DNA of 64,000 nt from an uncultured Ellagibacter sp. (GCF_934636505.1 NZ_CAKUAL010000001.1:6706-70705); one strand, 5' to 3'; counted from the first letter of the stretch, positions 34,348 to 44,950 are shown. Translations and numbers: made by a program. Notes: generated by a model not told the origin, from the letters alone.

Positions 34348-34436
34348 ATGCAAAACTCCGGTTGAAAATATTGCGAAATGCCGAATGAAAAAATTGCAAA
34401 ACCGCGGTTGAAAACATTGCAAAATACCGAATGACA
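34348..34436 (+). repeat. Two tandem ~44-bp AT-rich direct repeats upstream of the ATPase gene
   Basis: TGCAAAACTCCGGTTGAAAATATTGCGAAATGCCGAATGA versus TGCAAAACCGCGGTTGAAAACATTGCAAAATACCGAATGA. Confidence 0.8.
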
Positions 34437-34505
34437 ATGCGGTACAATAGCTACTTGGAATTTCGGAAAGGCCAAAATCGAGCATCAACGGCTAAGGATG
34501 GCGTT

Positions 34506-35801
34506 ATGAGCAGAACAAAAACCCTCACGCCGGAAGGCTATAGGCCTCGTTTGATCGAGCGACGGCTTGACTCATTAATGGGAGCATTTGGCTGCGTTGA
34601 GGTTAATGGTCCTAAATGGTGCGGGAAGACGTGGACAGCAATGTCGCGAAGCGCCAGCATGACCAAGCTCGATGACCCTGCGCAACGGGAAGCGGCTGAA
34701 CTTGACCCAACGCTTGCGTTGCTTGGTGATCCCCCGCATCTCGTTGACGAATGGCAAGAGGTGCCTGAGGTTTGGGACGCTGCGCGTCGTTTCGTGGACG
34801 AGTCGGGCAATAAGCGTGGAATCCTTCTATTTACGGGCTCAACCGCCTTGAAGAAGGATGAGCGGCAAAAGGTCCGCCATTCAGGAGCTGGTAGAATTGC
34901 TCGCTTGTCAATGCGCCCCATGGCATTATGCGAATCAGGTGAGGGCGAGGCGATGGTGTCGCTTTCGTCCTTGCTCAACGGCGAAGCGGTTGTCCCCGCA
35001 AGAAAAGAGTCGGGGCTCCTTGATGTTGCTCGGTGGTGCTGTCGTGGCGGTTGGCCGGCAAACCTCGGTCTTTCCGACGAGGCCGCAGGCGAGACTGCAT
35101 CGCAATATATCCAGTCAGTGCTTGACGTCAATGTAATCGAGGAAGGCAGATCACCTGCAACTGCGCTCGCTCTCATGCGAGCGCTCGCGCTTAACGAGAG
35201 TCAGGCTGTTACTTACAAAACCCTCGCAAAAGACATGTCGAATGGAGAGGCCGTGCCGACCGATGAGACGATAGCGTCATACCTCGAGCTGTTCGATCGG
35301 TTGAGCATAACGGAAGAGCTGCGCGGTTGGTCGCCTCCCATGCGTGGAAAGGCGCGCGCTCGAGTAAAGCCGAAGCGTTACTTCTGCGATCCATCGTTGG
35401 CGGCGGCTCTTTTAGGAGCTGAGCCCACGAGGCTTTTACGAGACACTCAAACGCTCGGAATGCTATTCGAAAATTTGGTCATCCGCGATTTGCGCGTATT
35501 CCTCTCCTCTTATTCGGGTATAGGAAACGAACTATTCTACTACCGAGATAATACTGGTCTTGAAGTCGATGCAATCGTGGAGTGCGGTGGCGTCTGGGGA
35601 GGCGTCGAGATCAAGCTGTCTGACACCAAAGCCGACGAGGGGGCGAAGTCCCTGCTTTCGCTTCGTGATAAGGTTGCGTCGAACCCCGCAGCCAAAAACG
35701 CAGAACCAGCATTTTTGGCAGTGGTAGTTGGCCGTGGAAGCGTAGCATATCGGCGCGACGACGGCGTGTGTGTGATTCCTGCAGCGATGCTTGGCGCTTA
35801 A
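34506..35801 (+). CDS. AAA-type ATP-binding protein (AAA_14/DUF4143-like architecture)
   Basis: Walker A-like GPKWCGKT. Overall resemblance to the widespread ATPase/DUF4143 family. ATG 34506 lies behind AAGGA. GC is visibly lower than in the neighbouring genes. Confidence 0.6.
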   Translation: MSRTKTLTPEGYRPRLIERRLDSLMGAFGCVEVNGPKWCGKTWTAMSRSASMTKLDDPAQREAAELDPTLALLGDPPHLVDEWQEVPEVWDAARRFVDESGNKRGILLFTGSTALKKDERQKVRHSGAGRIARLSMRPMALCESGEGEAMVSLSSLLNGEAVVPARKESGLLDVARWCCRGGWPANLGLSDEAAGETASQYIQSVLDVNVIEEGRSPATALALMRALALNESQAVTYKTLAKDMSNGEAVPTDETIASYLELFDRLSITEELRGWSPPMRGKARARVKPKRYFCDPSLAAALLGAEPTRLLRDTQTLGMLFENLVIRDLRVFLSSYSGIGNELFYYRDNTGLEVDAIVECGGVWGGVEIKLSDTKADEGAKSLLSLRDKVASNPAAKNAEPAFLAVVVGRGSVAYRRDDGVCVIPAAMLGA

Positions 35802-36024
35802 AGGAGCTCCTCACGTTTCAAGTAGGCGAGTGAATGCGAGTCGGGCGATTATTGCGGTTCGCTCGCTCGCCTCTGTGAATGCGAGGGGGTTGATCGATAT
35901 TTGGGCAACCCCCTCGTTCTGCGGGCGCGGCTGCTCGCCGCCGCCAGTCATTTCGCTTTGCGGGCGCCAGCTGTCAGCAGCCACCTCGCTCTGGGAACGC
36001 CAGCTGTCGGCGGCCTTCTCGTCC

Positions 36025-37470
36025 TTATGCGTTCTTCAAAAACGCCAGGTAACCTTTGTAGGCCTCGTAGATGTCGGCCTTGCTCGTCACTTCCCAAGGC
36101 GCGTGCATGGAAAGCACGGCGACGCCCGAGTCGATGACGTCCATCCCGTACTTCGCGGGCAAATATGCAATCGTTCCGCCACCACCTGCATCGACTTTGC
36201 CCAGTTCAGCGGTTTGGAAAGACACGCCCGCATCGTCCATCACGCGACGCACGCGCGCCACGTATTCCGCGCTCGCGTCGTTGCTGCCGCTCTTCCCGCG
36301 TGCGCCCGTGTACTTGTTGAACACGAGCCCGCGCCCGAGAAACGCCGCGTTTTTCGGCTCGAAGACGCTCGCGTAGGCGGGGTCGAAGCCGGCAGACACG
36401 TCGGAGGAGAGCATGCTCGATGCGGAAAGCGCACGTCGTAGCGGGAGCATGCCGCCTTCGCCGGCGAGCTCCATGATCTCGGCGATGGTGTTCTCGAAGA
36501 AGTTCGATGCCATGCCGGTCGCGCCGACGCTTCCGATCTCCTCCTTGTCGACGAGCACGGTGACGGCCGTCTTCGCCAAATCCGCTGGCGCCTCGAGCTG
36601 CGCGATGAGCGAGGTATAGGCGCATACGCGGTCGTCCTGCCCGTAGCCGATGACCATGCTGCGATCGAAGCCCAGCTCACGGGCGCGCCCCGCCGGCACC
36701 ATCTCGATTTCCGCGGAAAGGAAGTCGGCCTCCTCGATGCCGTACTTGTCGGCCAGAAGCTTCAGCGCGAACGCCTTCACCGGCTCCTTCGCGGCGTCTT
36801 TGTTCTTCGCGCCCTCGCCGCCCTCGCTCGCGTCTTCGCCTTCCGCGTCCTCACCCTTGAGGGAAAGCGGGCGGTTGCCGATGAGAATGTCGAGGTCCTC
36901 GCCCTCGACGATCTTGTTGCCCTTCTTGTCCATCTGCTGGCTTGCAAGGTGAATGAGCAGGTCAGACACGCAGAAAACGGGATCGCCCTCGTCGTCGCCC
37001 ACGTTTATGTCCACGACCGTGCCGTCCTTCTTGGCGATGATGCCGTGCATGGCGAGCGGGAGCGTGACCCACTGATAGTTCTTGATGCCGCCGTAGTAGT
37101 GCGTGTCGAGAAGCGCGAACCCGTTGCTCTCGTAGAGCGGATTCTGCTTCAGGTCGAGGCGGGGGCTGTCGATATGCGCGCCCAGAATGTTCATACCCTC
37201 GCTCAGGGGCTTGCTTCCCAGCTGCACCAGGATGAGCGCCTTGCCGTGGGAATGTGCCCACACCTTGTCGCCCGCGGAAAGCGCGCGCCCCTCGCGGACG
37301 GCGTCGGCGAGCGAGATGTAGCCCGCTTTCTCGGCCATGCGGATGGCGGTTGCGGCGCAGCGGCGCTCGGTTTTGTTCTCCGAAATGAAGTCGATGTAGT
37401 TGCTGGCCAGGCCTTCGAGGGCCTCGAGGTCCACCTCGTCGTACTTCTTCCAAGCTACTTCGTGTTCCAT
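36025..37470 (-). CDS. M18-family aminopeptidase
   Basis: LGAHIDSPRLDLKQNP, HYYGGIKNYQW, and the C-terminal LSMHAPWE, typical of M18/aminopeptidase 1. Confidence 0.75.
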   Translation of the reverse strand: MEHEVAWKKYDEVDLEALEGLASNYIDFISENKTERRCAATAIRMAEKAGYISLADAVREGRALSAGDKVWAHSHGKALILVQLGSKPLSEGMNILGAHIDSPRLDLKQNPLYESNGFALLDTHYYGGIKNYQWVTLPLAMHGIIAKKDGTVVDINVGDDEGDPVFCVSDLLIHLASQQMDKKGNKIVEGEDLDILIGNRPLSLKGEDAEGEDASEGGEGAKNKDAAKEPVKAFALKLLADKYGIEEADFLSAEIEMVPAGRARELGFDRSMVIGYGQDDRVCAYTSLIAQLEAPADLAKTAVTVLVDKEEIGSVGATGMASNFFENTIAEIMELAGEGGMLPLRRALSASSMLSSDVSAGFDPAYASVFEPKNAAFLGRGLVFNKYTGARGKSGSNDASAEYVARVRRVMDDAGVSFQTAELGKVDAGGGGTIAYLPAKYGMDVIDSGVAVLSMHAPWEVTSKADIYEAYKGYLAFLKNA

Positions 37471-37695
37471 GTCCTTCGACCTTTCGTGTTGCCCAAGGCA
37501 TATCGTGATGCGGCCAATTATAGTGCACGACGCCCGTGCCTCGGCGGATGTGAACGTTCTGCGAATTGCGGCGGGGAATGCGAGGAGGCAACTTGCGTGA
37601 GGTTCGGCAACTTGCTATAGTTCCTTATTGAGATAAGTTCTCAATAAGACGAGGTTAACAAAACAAGTAACAAGAACAATTGAGAGGGGCACATT

Positions 37696-38304
37696 ATGAA
37701 CCTTCGTACCGAACTTCCCACCGCTGAGAACTCCAGCAACTTCAACGCTGTCGCCAACGCCGCCACCAAGGCGGGCACCACGCTCGAGAACCTGAAGGCC
37801 GCGGTTGCGGGCGAGACCGGCGCTTCCGCCAAGTACGCCGCCTTCGCCAAGGCCGCCAAAGAGCAGGGCTTCGACCAGCTCGCACGTCTGTGGGAGGCAA
37901 CTTCTGCTGCCGAGCAGATCCACATCAACCTCGAAGCTTCCCTCGTGGAGGCCGAAGATCCCTCCTACACCCGCCCGACCGCCGAGGCTCCGGCTCCCGA
38001 AGCCATCGACCTTAACCTGATCGCCTCCGCCAACGGCGAGATCTTCGAGACCTCCGACATGTACCCCACCTTCATCAAGAAGGCGCAGGAAGAGGGCCAC
38101 GCCAAGGCTATCAAGGTGTTCACCAGGGCAAAGCTTGCCGAGGCTGTTCATGCCGAGAAGTATCTCGAGGCGTACAACAACATCGACGCCGCCGATGACG
38201 ACGCGTACTACCTCTGCCCGGGCTGCGGCTACATCCACAAGGGCGAGGACTTCGAGAAGTGCCCGATCTGCGGCGTTCCGAAGGCGAAGTTCGAGCGCTT
38301 CTAG
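37696..38304 (+). CDS. Rubrerythrin-family protein
   Basis: Ferritin-like four-helix region (GETGASAKYAAFA, AEQIH, EAVHAEKY) and a C-terminal rubredoxin-like CPGCG...CPICG. Confidence 0.8.
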   Translation: MNLRTELPTAENSSNFNAVANAATKAGTTLENLKAAVAGETGASAKYAAFAKAAKEQGFDQLARLWEATSAAEQIHINLEASLVEAEDPSYTRPTAEAPAPEAIDLNLIASANGEIFETSDMYPTFIKKAQEEGHAKAIKVFTRAKLAEAVHAEKYLEAYNNIDAADDDAYYLCPGCGYIHKGEDFEKCPICGVPKAKFERF

Positions 38305-38447
38305 TTCTTCGCGGTGATGTGTGCGGCTTGCGGCAGGCGATCCCCGCGCATCGCGGAAGGTGGGCGTTTTCCGCGCGGTTGCGGAATGTGAGCCGACTGC
38401 CGCAGCATCATGCGAGTGCGCTTCGGCGCGTTCCACGTGAAACATGC

Positions 38448-38485
38448 GAAGCCGAGTCCTTCGGGGCTCGGCTTCTTCACTTTCT
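38448..38485 (+). terminator. Rho-independent terminator after the rubrerythrin gene
   Basis: Stem GAAGCCGAG / CTCGGCTTC around a TTCG-type loop, then a T-rich tail. Confidence 0.6.
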
Positions 38486-38567
38486 GTGCAAATTGGCAAC
38501 CCGTCGGAAGAGCGACTCTATAATCCTTGGATGAGACACGACACGAAGGGACAGCACGCGCGATTCC

Positions 38568-40058
38568 ATGGCATTCGACCCGAATAAATTCTTCCTTACA
38601 CGCGCCGTCAATGGGTGGTGCAATCGCCTCCTGGGCGCGGTGACGGAAGGCGAGCTCGCCGATCAGCCGGCCGAGTATGCTTCGCACCGCACCACGCGCG
38701 ACTATATATGCAACACGCTCGGCACGAGCGCATGGGGCATGGTGTTCCCCGTCCTCACCATCGTGGTGACGCAGCTCGCGGGCGTTGAGCTCGCCGGCAT
38801 GTTCTCGCTCGCCTTTGTCACGGGGTCGCTGCTCATGATCCTCGCGAACTACGGCGTGCGCACCTACCAGATTTCCGACCTGGACGAGGCGCACTCGTTC
38901 TCGGATTATCAGCTCAACCGCTGGCTCACCTGCGCGGCGATGCTCGTTGTCGGGTGGATATATTGCGCCATCAGGGGTTATGCGGACGAGATGTTCACGA
39001 TCAGCATGGGCGTGTACGTCTACAAGATGGTCGATGGTTTAGCCGACGTCTACGAGGGGCGCCTCCAGCAGAAGGACAAGCTCTACCTTGCGGGCATCTC
39101 CCAGGCGTTTCGCTCGGTGCTCGTGCTCGCGGTGTTCTCCATCGCGCTGTTCGTCACGCGCAGCGTCAGCGTCTCCTGCATCGCAATGGCCGTTGCTGCG
39201 GGCATTTCGTTCATCGTGCTCACCTTGCCGCTCGCGATCTGGGAAACGCCCACGTCGGCACGTGCGAGCTTCGACAGCGTCGTCGCGCTTTTCAGGCAGT
39301 GCGCCCCGTTGTTCGTCGCGCTGTTCCTCTACTCGCTCATCGACAACATGCCCAAGTTCGTCATGGAGGGCGTGCTTTCCTACGACAACCAGCTCTACTA
39401 CAACGTGCTCTACTTCCCGGCCATGGGCATCCTGCTCACCGCGCAGCTCATCTACAAGCCGATGCTCGTGAAGATGGCCGCCGTGTGGGCCGACCCCGAG
39501 AAGCGCAAGCGCTTCGACATGATCATCGTCGTGATCGTGGCGGTGATCGTGGGTATCACCGTCGTGATGGCGCTCATCATGGGCTGGATTGGCATCACGA
39601 TTATGAGCTTCCTCTACGGTGTGGACTTCGAGCAGTTCCGCGGGCTTGTGTTCATCATGCTCGCTGCCGGCGGCGTCACTGCCTGCATCGATTTTCTCTA
39701 TCAGGTGGTCACGGTGCTGCGCCAGCAGCGTACGGTGACGAAGCTTTACCTGATCACGTTCGGGTTCTCGCTGTTCGTTCCGATTCTGCTGGTGAATTTC
39801 ACGGGGCTGCCGGGCGCCATCATCGGGTACCTCATTGTGATGTGCATCCTGCTTGTGCTTCTGGTTTGGGAATACGGGAAGGTCCGCATGGCCTTGGCCG
39901 AGCGCGACAAGCAGGCGGCCGCCGCGCACGCAACGCGCGTGGTCGGGCGCGTCGTGCCGACGGAAGATGTTTCCGCCGAGCGCGAGGGGCCTTCGCGTCC
40001 ACGTCGCTCCCGCGACGCCTCCGCCGAGTTGCGCACATCTCGCACGCCGCGCCGGTAA
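38568..40058 (+). CDS. Polytopic membrane protein, MOP/Wzx-like polysaccharide flippase family (tentative)
   Basis: About 12-14 predicted TM helices and a size typical of Wzx/MurJ-type transporters. Basic C-terminal tail. Confidence 0.45.
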   Translation: MAFDPNKFFLTRAVNGWCNRLLGAVTEGELADQPAEYASHRTTRDYICNTLGTSAWGMVFPVLTIVVTQLAGVELAGMFSLAFVTGSLLMILANYGVRTYQISDLDEAHSFSDYQLNRWLTCAAMLVVGWIYCAIRGYADEMFTISMGVYVYKMVDGLADVYEGRLQQKDKLYLAGISQAFRSVLVLAVFSIALFVTRSVSVSCIAMAVAAGISFIVLTLPLAIWETPTSARASFDSVVALFRQCAPLFVALFLYSLIDNMPKFVMEGVLSYDNQLYYNVLYFPAMGILLTAQLIYKPMLVKMAAVWADPEKRKRFDMIIVVIVAVIVGITVVMALIMGWIGITIMSFLYGVDFEQFRGLVFIMLAAGGVTACIDFLYQVVTVLRQQRTVTKLYLITFGFSLFVPILLVNFTGLPGAIIGYLIVMCILLVLLVWEYGKVRMALAERDKQAAAAHATRVVGRVVPTEDVSAEREGPSRPRRSRDASAELRTSRTPRR

Positions 40059-40313
40059 GCTTGAGCCGCGGGCCCCTCCTTTCGCCGGCAGGCCGGCCGC
40101 ACGCCCCCAAGCTCCCGTCTCCAAGTTCTCCTCGCACCCTGCGTCATCTTTCCCTGGTGACGCGTCGCCTTCTCCTGCTCGCGCGTTAAGGGCTGGGGAA
40201 TTTCTCCGAAAACGCAGGTATTTCGCCGCCGCGACCCGTGCAACCCGCGGCGGGGTGTCTATAATGTCGAACAACACTATAGTCGTCCCCGTTCGCGAAG
40301 GAGCATATTCCCC

Positions 40314-41831
40314 ATGGCTTACTACTATGACGAGCCGTCACGCACGTTCAACGAGTATCTTTTGGTGCCTGGTCACACGCCTGCTACGTGCATTCCGGCG
40401 TCGGTCAGCCTGAAAACGCCGCTCGTCAAGTATCGCAAGGGCGAAGAGGAGTGCCCGCTTTCGCTGAACATCCCGATGGTGTCCGCTATCATGGCCGCCG
40501 TCTCCGACGACAACATGGCCGTGGCCCTTGCCACCGAGGGCGGCCTTTCCTTCATCTACGGCAACCAGACCATCGAGCAGGAAGCCGCCATGGTCAAGCG
40601 CGTGAAGGATTACAAGGCCGGGTTCGTCGAGTCTGACGCCAACCTTTCCCCCGATATGACGCTCAATGAGGTCGTCGCGCTGAAGGAGGCCACCGACCAC
40701 TCCACCATGCCCGTCACCGATGACGGTACGGCGCACGGTAAGCTGCTCGGTGTGGTCACCGAGCGCGATTACCGCCTTTCCCGCATGAGCGGCGACGAGA
40801 AGGTTTCCGAGTTCATGACCCCGCGCGAGAAGCTGATTGTGGCGCCGGCGGACACTTCTCTTAAGGTTGCTAACGATATCATCTGGGATCACAAGCTGAA
40901 CTCGCTGCCGCTCGTGAACGAAGACGACACGCTCGCCTACATGGTGTTCCGCAAGGACTACGATTCCCATAAGTCGAACCCCAATGAGATGCTCGATGCC
41001 CACAAGCGCTACATCGTGGGCGCCGGCATCAACTCCCGTGACTACGCCGAGCGCGTTCCCGCGCTGGTCGAGGCGGGCGCCGACGTGCTGTGCATCGACT
41101 CTTCCGAGGGCTATTCCGATTGGCAGAAGATGACGATCGAGTGGGTGCGTGAGCACTACGGCGACTCCGTGAAGATCGGCGCCGGCAACGTCGTCGACGG
41201 CGAGGGCTTCCGCTTCTTGGCCGAGGCGGGCGCGGACTTCGTGAAGATCGGCATCGGCGGCGGCTCCATCTGTATCACGCGCGAGACTAAGGGCATCGGC
41301 CGTGGTCAGGCGACGGCTACCATCGAGGTTGCCAAAGCGCGCGACGAGTACTTCAAGGAAACTGGCATCTACGTGCCGATTTGCTCCGATGGCGGCATCG
41401 TCTACGACCACCACATCTCACTGGCCCTGGCTATGGGCGCCGACTTCGTCATGCTCGGCCGTTACTTCGCGCGCTTCGACGAGTCCCCGTCGGCCAAGGT
41501 CATGGTGAATGGCACTTACATGAAGGAATACTGGGGCGAGGGTTCCGCTCGCGCCCGCAACTGGGGCCGTTACGACCTGGGCGGCAAGAAGAGCCTGTCG
41601 TTCGAAGAGGGCGTCGATTCCTACGTGCCCTACGCTGGCCCGCTTAAGGACAACATTGCGGTCACGTTGCTCAAGATCAAGTCGACCATGTGCAACTGCG
41701 GCGCGCTCACCATCCCCGAGTTCCAGGACAAGGCCAAGCTCACGGTGATCAGCTCCACGTCTATCGTCGAGGGCGGCGCGCACGATGTCCTTCTGAAGGA
41801 CAAGGCTCCCTACGCTTCCAACATGAGGTAA
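40314..41831 (+). CDS. guaB: IMP dehydrogenase
   Basis: Catalytic loop [15 protein letters not shown] pair insertion, length about 505 aa. Confidence 0.9.
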   Translation: MAYYYDEPSRTFNEYLLVPGHTPATCIPASVSLKTPLVKYRKGEEECPLSLNIPMVSAIMAAVSDDNMAVALATEGGLSFIYGNQTIEQEAAMVKRVKDYKAGFVESDANLSPDMTLNEVVALKEATDHSTMPVTDDGTAHGKLLGVVTERDYRLSRMSGDEKVSEFMTPREKLIVAPADTSLKVANDIIWDHKLNSLPLVNEDDTLAYMVFRKDYDSHKSNPNEMLDAHKRYIVGAGINSRDYAERVPALVEAGADVLCIDSSEGYSDWQKMTIEWVREHYGDSVKIGAGNVVDGEGFRFLAEAGADFVKIGIGGGSICITRETKGIGRGQATATIEVAKARDEYFKETGIYVPICSDGGIVYDHHISLALAMGADFVMLGRYFARFDESPSAKVMVNGTYMKEYWGEGSARARNWGRYDLGGKKSLSFEEGVDSYVPYAGPLKDNIAVTLLKIKSTMCNCGALTIPEFQDKAKLTVISSTSIVEGGAHDVLLKDKAPYASNMR

Positions 41832-41936
41832 GCGAGCTTCATCGGGCCTTTGATCGGCGGAATAGGCTGCCGCGAGGGAGCCCGATGCTTGGTCTTGACA
41901 AGATAGCGGATTGTCGGCGAGCCGGCGGTCCGCTGA

Positions 41937-41976
41937 GGCATAAAGAAAGCGACCTCCTGGTCGCTTTCTTTATGCC
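41937..41976. terminator. Bidirectional terminator hairpin between guaB and the GT4 gene
   Basis: 18-bp perfect stem GGCATAAAGAAAGCGACC / GGTCGCTTTCTTTATGCC with a 4-nt loop. Confidence 0.65.
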
Positions 41977-42008
41977 ATGACACGAAAACGGTGCGTTTTG
42001 GCTCGCTG

Positions 42009-43235
42009 CTACGCAATCAACTTCTCCGCGAGTCCTGCCCAGGTCACGCGCTCGATCCCTGCGAAATCGGCGGCACTCGGCGCAGGTGCCGCTGCGGCGG
42101 CGTCGAGCGCTTTGGCCAAACGTTGCTCGAAAGCGGGCAGATCGTCCGCTACGGGCTCGTCGACGCTCTCCATGCGCGGGGGCTCGACATACCACACGGG
42201 CGCCGCGGGGATGTTCGCGGAAATCCAGGGGCGGATGCCGGGCAGGTCGGTCACCACGGCCTTGCATCCGCAGGCGAGCGCCTCGATCACCACGAGCGGC
42301 AAGCCCTCGAAAAACGACGGCAGCACGAACACGTCGGAGTTGCGATATATTCCGGCAAGCTGGTTTTGGTCGACCTTTCCTGGGAAGGCGAATCGATAGG
42401 GCGACGCATCGGCCTGCTCGCGCAGCTCGGCATATTCGCGCTCGTCGTTATAGCCTCCGACCAGGTTGAACGTAATATCGGGCGGTGCCGTTTCCAACAG
42501 TTTCGCGCAGCGGATGAGGCTTTCCACGCCCTTTTTCCGCCAAATCTTGCCGACGTAGAGGAAGCGGGCGGGCGTGCCCTCAACGTGAGGCGTGCGGTTT
42601 GTCGGGTTGAAGGGCTTATCATTGTATCCCGAGCCCACAACGCGCACGCGCTTCTCGGGTACGCCGTACATCTCTTCAATCTCGCGCTTCTGCGGTTCGT
42701 GCAGTGCAAAGATGCAGTCGAGTGCGCGCACGCCTTCGACGATGAACTCGCGTTCGAGCGAGTGCTTTCCCATCTGGCGCAAATCGGTGCTGTGGCAGAT
42801 GCCGCGCACGTTCGGGCACGTGAACCCCCTCGCCTCGGCAACCTCGCGTACGCAGCGCACGGCGACGCCGCACGCCAGATACAGGTGGTGGCAGAGCACC
42901 ACGTCGGGGAACTTCTCCTCGCATGCTTCGCGAATCGCCTGGTCGAAAGCACGTTTGAACTTCTCGCACATCTCGGGCGTCATGTCGCGATAGCGTGTTG
43001 CCTCGTATGGCATCTGATCGCTCATGCCGCACACGGGGAAGGGCAGCTCGGGCGTGCGGAAGCGCACGGGATGGAAGACGACGCCTTCGGGGAGGGTCAC
43101 GTTGTCGGAAATGTCGATGCCGGCAACGAGCGTCACTTCGTGTCCCGCCGACGAAAATGCGCGCACTGTTTCGGCGACGTAGACGCCGCTTCCGGTGCTG
43201 TCGGGCTTTTGCGCAGTGATGACCAGGATGTTCAT
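42009..43235 (-). CDS. Glycosyltransferase family 4 (GT-B fold)
   Basis: N-terminal GSGVYV and C-terminal FVLPSFFEGLPLVVIEALACG (E-x7-E) motif. Confidence 0.8.
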   Translation of the reverse strand: MNILVITAQKPDSTGSGVYVAETVRAFSSAGHEVTLVAGIDISDNVTLPEGVVFHPVRFRTPELPFPVCGMSDQMPYEATRYRDMTPEMCEKFKRAFDQAIREACEEKFPDVVLCHHLYLACGVAVRCVREVAEARGFTCPNVRGICHSTDLRQMGKHSLEREFIVEGVRALDCIFALHEPQKREIEEMYGVPEKRVRVVGSGYNDKPFNPTNRTPHVEGTPARFLYVGKIWRKKGVESLIRCAKLLETAPPDITFNLVGGYNDEREYAELREQADASPYRFAFPGKVDQNQLAGIYRNSDVFVLPSFFEGLPLVVIEALACGCKAVVTDLPGIRPWISANIPAAPVWYVEPPRMESVDEPVADDLPAFEQRLAKALDAAAAAPAPSAADFAGIERVTWAGLAEKLIA

Positions 43236-43310
43236 GCGGCGTTTCCTCCCAAAAGCGCGGCAACCCTCCGCGGTCGTCCGCTCACGTAATCTTTGTTGCG
43301 TCCTCGGTGA

Positions 43311-43898
43311 CTAAGCTTCGGCGACGTAGGAATCGATCAGGCGTCGCAGCTCGTCGATGCCTGTGCCGTTTGAGGAGGACGTCACCACGAAGGGGATGTC
43401 CTTCGGCAAATCGAGCTTCTTGCGGATGGCAGACGCCTGTTTCCCTGCCGCTTGCTTCGAGAGCTTGTCGGCTTTCGTGAGGGCGATCGCGAAGGGAAAG
43501 TCGTTTTCCCAGAGGAATTTTGCCATGTGCATGTCGAGCGCCGAGGGATCGTGGCGGATGTCGACGAGCGACACAACCAGGGCGAAGCGTCGGTCTTGGT
43601 TGAAGTAGCCCTCGATCAGCTCCGACCAGCGGCCCTTCTCCGACTTCGCTACCTTTGCGTAGCCGTAGCCGGGCAGGTCGACGAAATCGGTGCCGTCGAC
43701 GTCGTAGAAGTTGATTGTGGCGGTTTTGCCCGGCGTTTGCGACACCTTGGCCAGGCCCTTTCGGTACATGAGCTTGTTCAAAAGGGATGATTTCCCCACG
43801 TTCGAGCGCCCGGCGAACGAGACTTCGGGGCGGGTCGACTCGGGAATCTGCGACGAGGTGCCGTAAGCTGCCTTGAACGATGCGATGTGATAATTCAT
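43311..43898 (-). CDS. engB: Ribosome biogenesis GTPase YihA/EngB
   Basis: GRSNVGKSSLLN P-loop, DLPGYG, TKADK. Confidence 0.85.
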   Translation of the reverse strand: MNYHIASFKAAYGTSSQIPESTRPEVSFAGRSNVGKSSLLNKLMYRKGLAKVSQTPGKTATINFYDVDGTDFVDLPGYGYAKVAKSEKGRWSELIEGYFNQDRRFALVVSLVDIRHDPSALDMHMAKFLWENDFPFAIALTKADKLSKQAAGKQASAIRKKLDLPKDIPFVVTSSSNGTGIDELRRLIDSYVAEA

Positions 43899-43971
43899 GG
43901 GGATGCCTCTCTTTACGCGTATGCACTCATGGTATCAGAAAGCGGCCGCGCCTTGACCTCGCGACCCGACC

Positions 43972-44056
43972 GAGGGCTCTTCGGCGGCGTCCACAATGCG
44001 AGTTCCGCAGCGCAGCGAGGACTGTCTGATCGACTGGGCGTTGCTGTAGAGCCCCT
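43972..44056 (-). repeat. Third copy (inverted orientation) of the REP-like ~84-nt element
   Basis: The reverse complement matches the 21572-21655 family, including the GAGGGCTCTTCGGC / GC..TAGAGCCCCTC ends. Confidence 0.8.
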
Positions 44057-44160
44057 CAAATTGTCCCCCTCATGCTTCTCGCGGCGGCGCGCCAAACTCG
44101 GACCTTTCGGGTATACTCGATATCATTCAGGGGAAAGCGAGCGAAAGTAGGTTTGCAAAC

Positions 44161-44946
44161 ATGCCTTCCTACACGGTTTGCATAGTCGAAGACAACGCAG
44201 AGTGCGCGGCGGCGCTCATCGACAGGGTTGCGGCTTCGCCTTTCTCGGAAGGCTTGGTCATACACGAGATGGCTTCCCGCGCCGAACTCGAGTCCTTCGT
44301 CTCCGAAGGCCGCGCAATCGACATTCTCATCACCGACATCAACTTGGGGACTGACGCCGCAGACGGCATCTCCATGGTGCGTGACCTGTTCCCGACGGGC
44401 TCGAAAACCCAGGTCATCTACGCAACTGGTTACATCGAGTACTGTACGCCCGTCTATGAAACGCAACACGTGTACTTCCTGGTTAAGCCCATCAGGCAAA
44501 GCGCCCTCGACGACGCCCTGAAAAAGGCGCTGGAGAATCTTGCGGGTCAAAATGTGCAGGATGGGCAGACCGAACAGGTGGGTCAGGGCGCGCGTGCCGA
44601 TGTCCCCCCGAAATCGTTCCCCTGCGCGCTCACATTCAATGTGCGCGGTCGGACGATTGTGGTCGACGCCGATCGCATCGAGTATCTGGAAAGCGAGCGC
44701 CGCAAGCTGCGGTTGCACACCGACGGCGGTGTTATGGAAGTGTACTGCTCGCTCGCAGATGCTCAGGCCATGCTGCCCGAAGGATTCGTGCGGTGCCATA
44801 AGAGCTTCGTGGTGAATCTTGCCGACGTTGTGGAAATCGGCAAAGACGACATTCTTGCGAAATCCGGCTCGCGCGTTCCTATGAGCCAGAAACGGCGCCA
44901 CGAGGTGAAAGAGGCGCTGCTCGATTACCTGAAAGCGCGAGCGTAG
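44161..44946 (+). CDS. LytTR-family response regulator
   Basis: Receiver domain (IVEDN, ILITDINL) and C-terminal LytTR domain (IEYLESERRKLRLHT...FVRCHKSFVVNL). Confidence 0.8.
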   Translation: MPSYTVCIVEDNAECAAALIDRVAASPFSEGLVIHEMASRAELESFVSEGRAIDILITDINLGTDAADGISMVRDLFPTGSKTQVIYATGYIEYCTPVYETQHVYFLVKPIRQSALDDALKKALENLAGQNVQDGQTEQVGQGARADVPPKSFPCALTFNVRGRTIVVDADRIEYLESERRKLRLHTDGGVMEVYCSLADAQAMLPEGFVRCHKSFVVNLADVVEIGKDDILAKSGSRVPMSQKRRHEVKEALLDYLKARA

Positions 44947-44950
44947 GAAG

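Noticed and set aside
33180-34475. 431-aa minus-strand ORF, plus 265-aa and 143-aa plus-strand ORFs
   Set aside because: They overlap the well-supported phosphoesterase gene and then run through repeat DNA. Their composition is Arg/Pro-rich and they have no motifs.
38954-40277. 411-aa (plus) and 412-aa (minus) ORFs overlapping the flippase-like gene
   Set aside because: These are alternative-frame or antisense artefacts. The 38568 frame yields regular TM helices.
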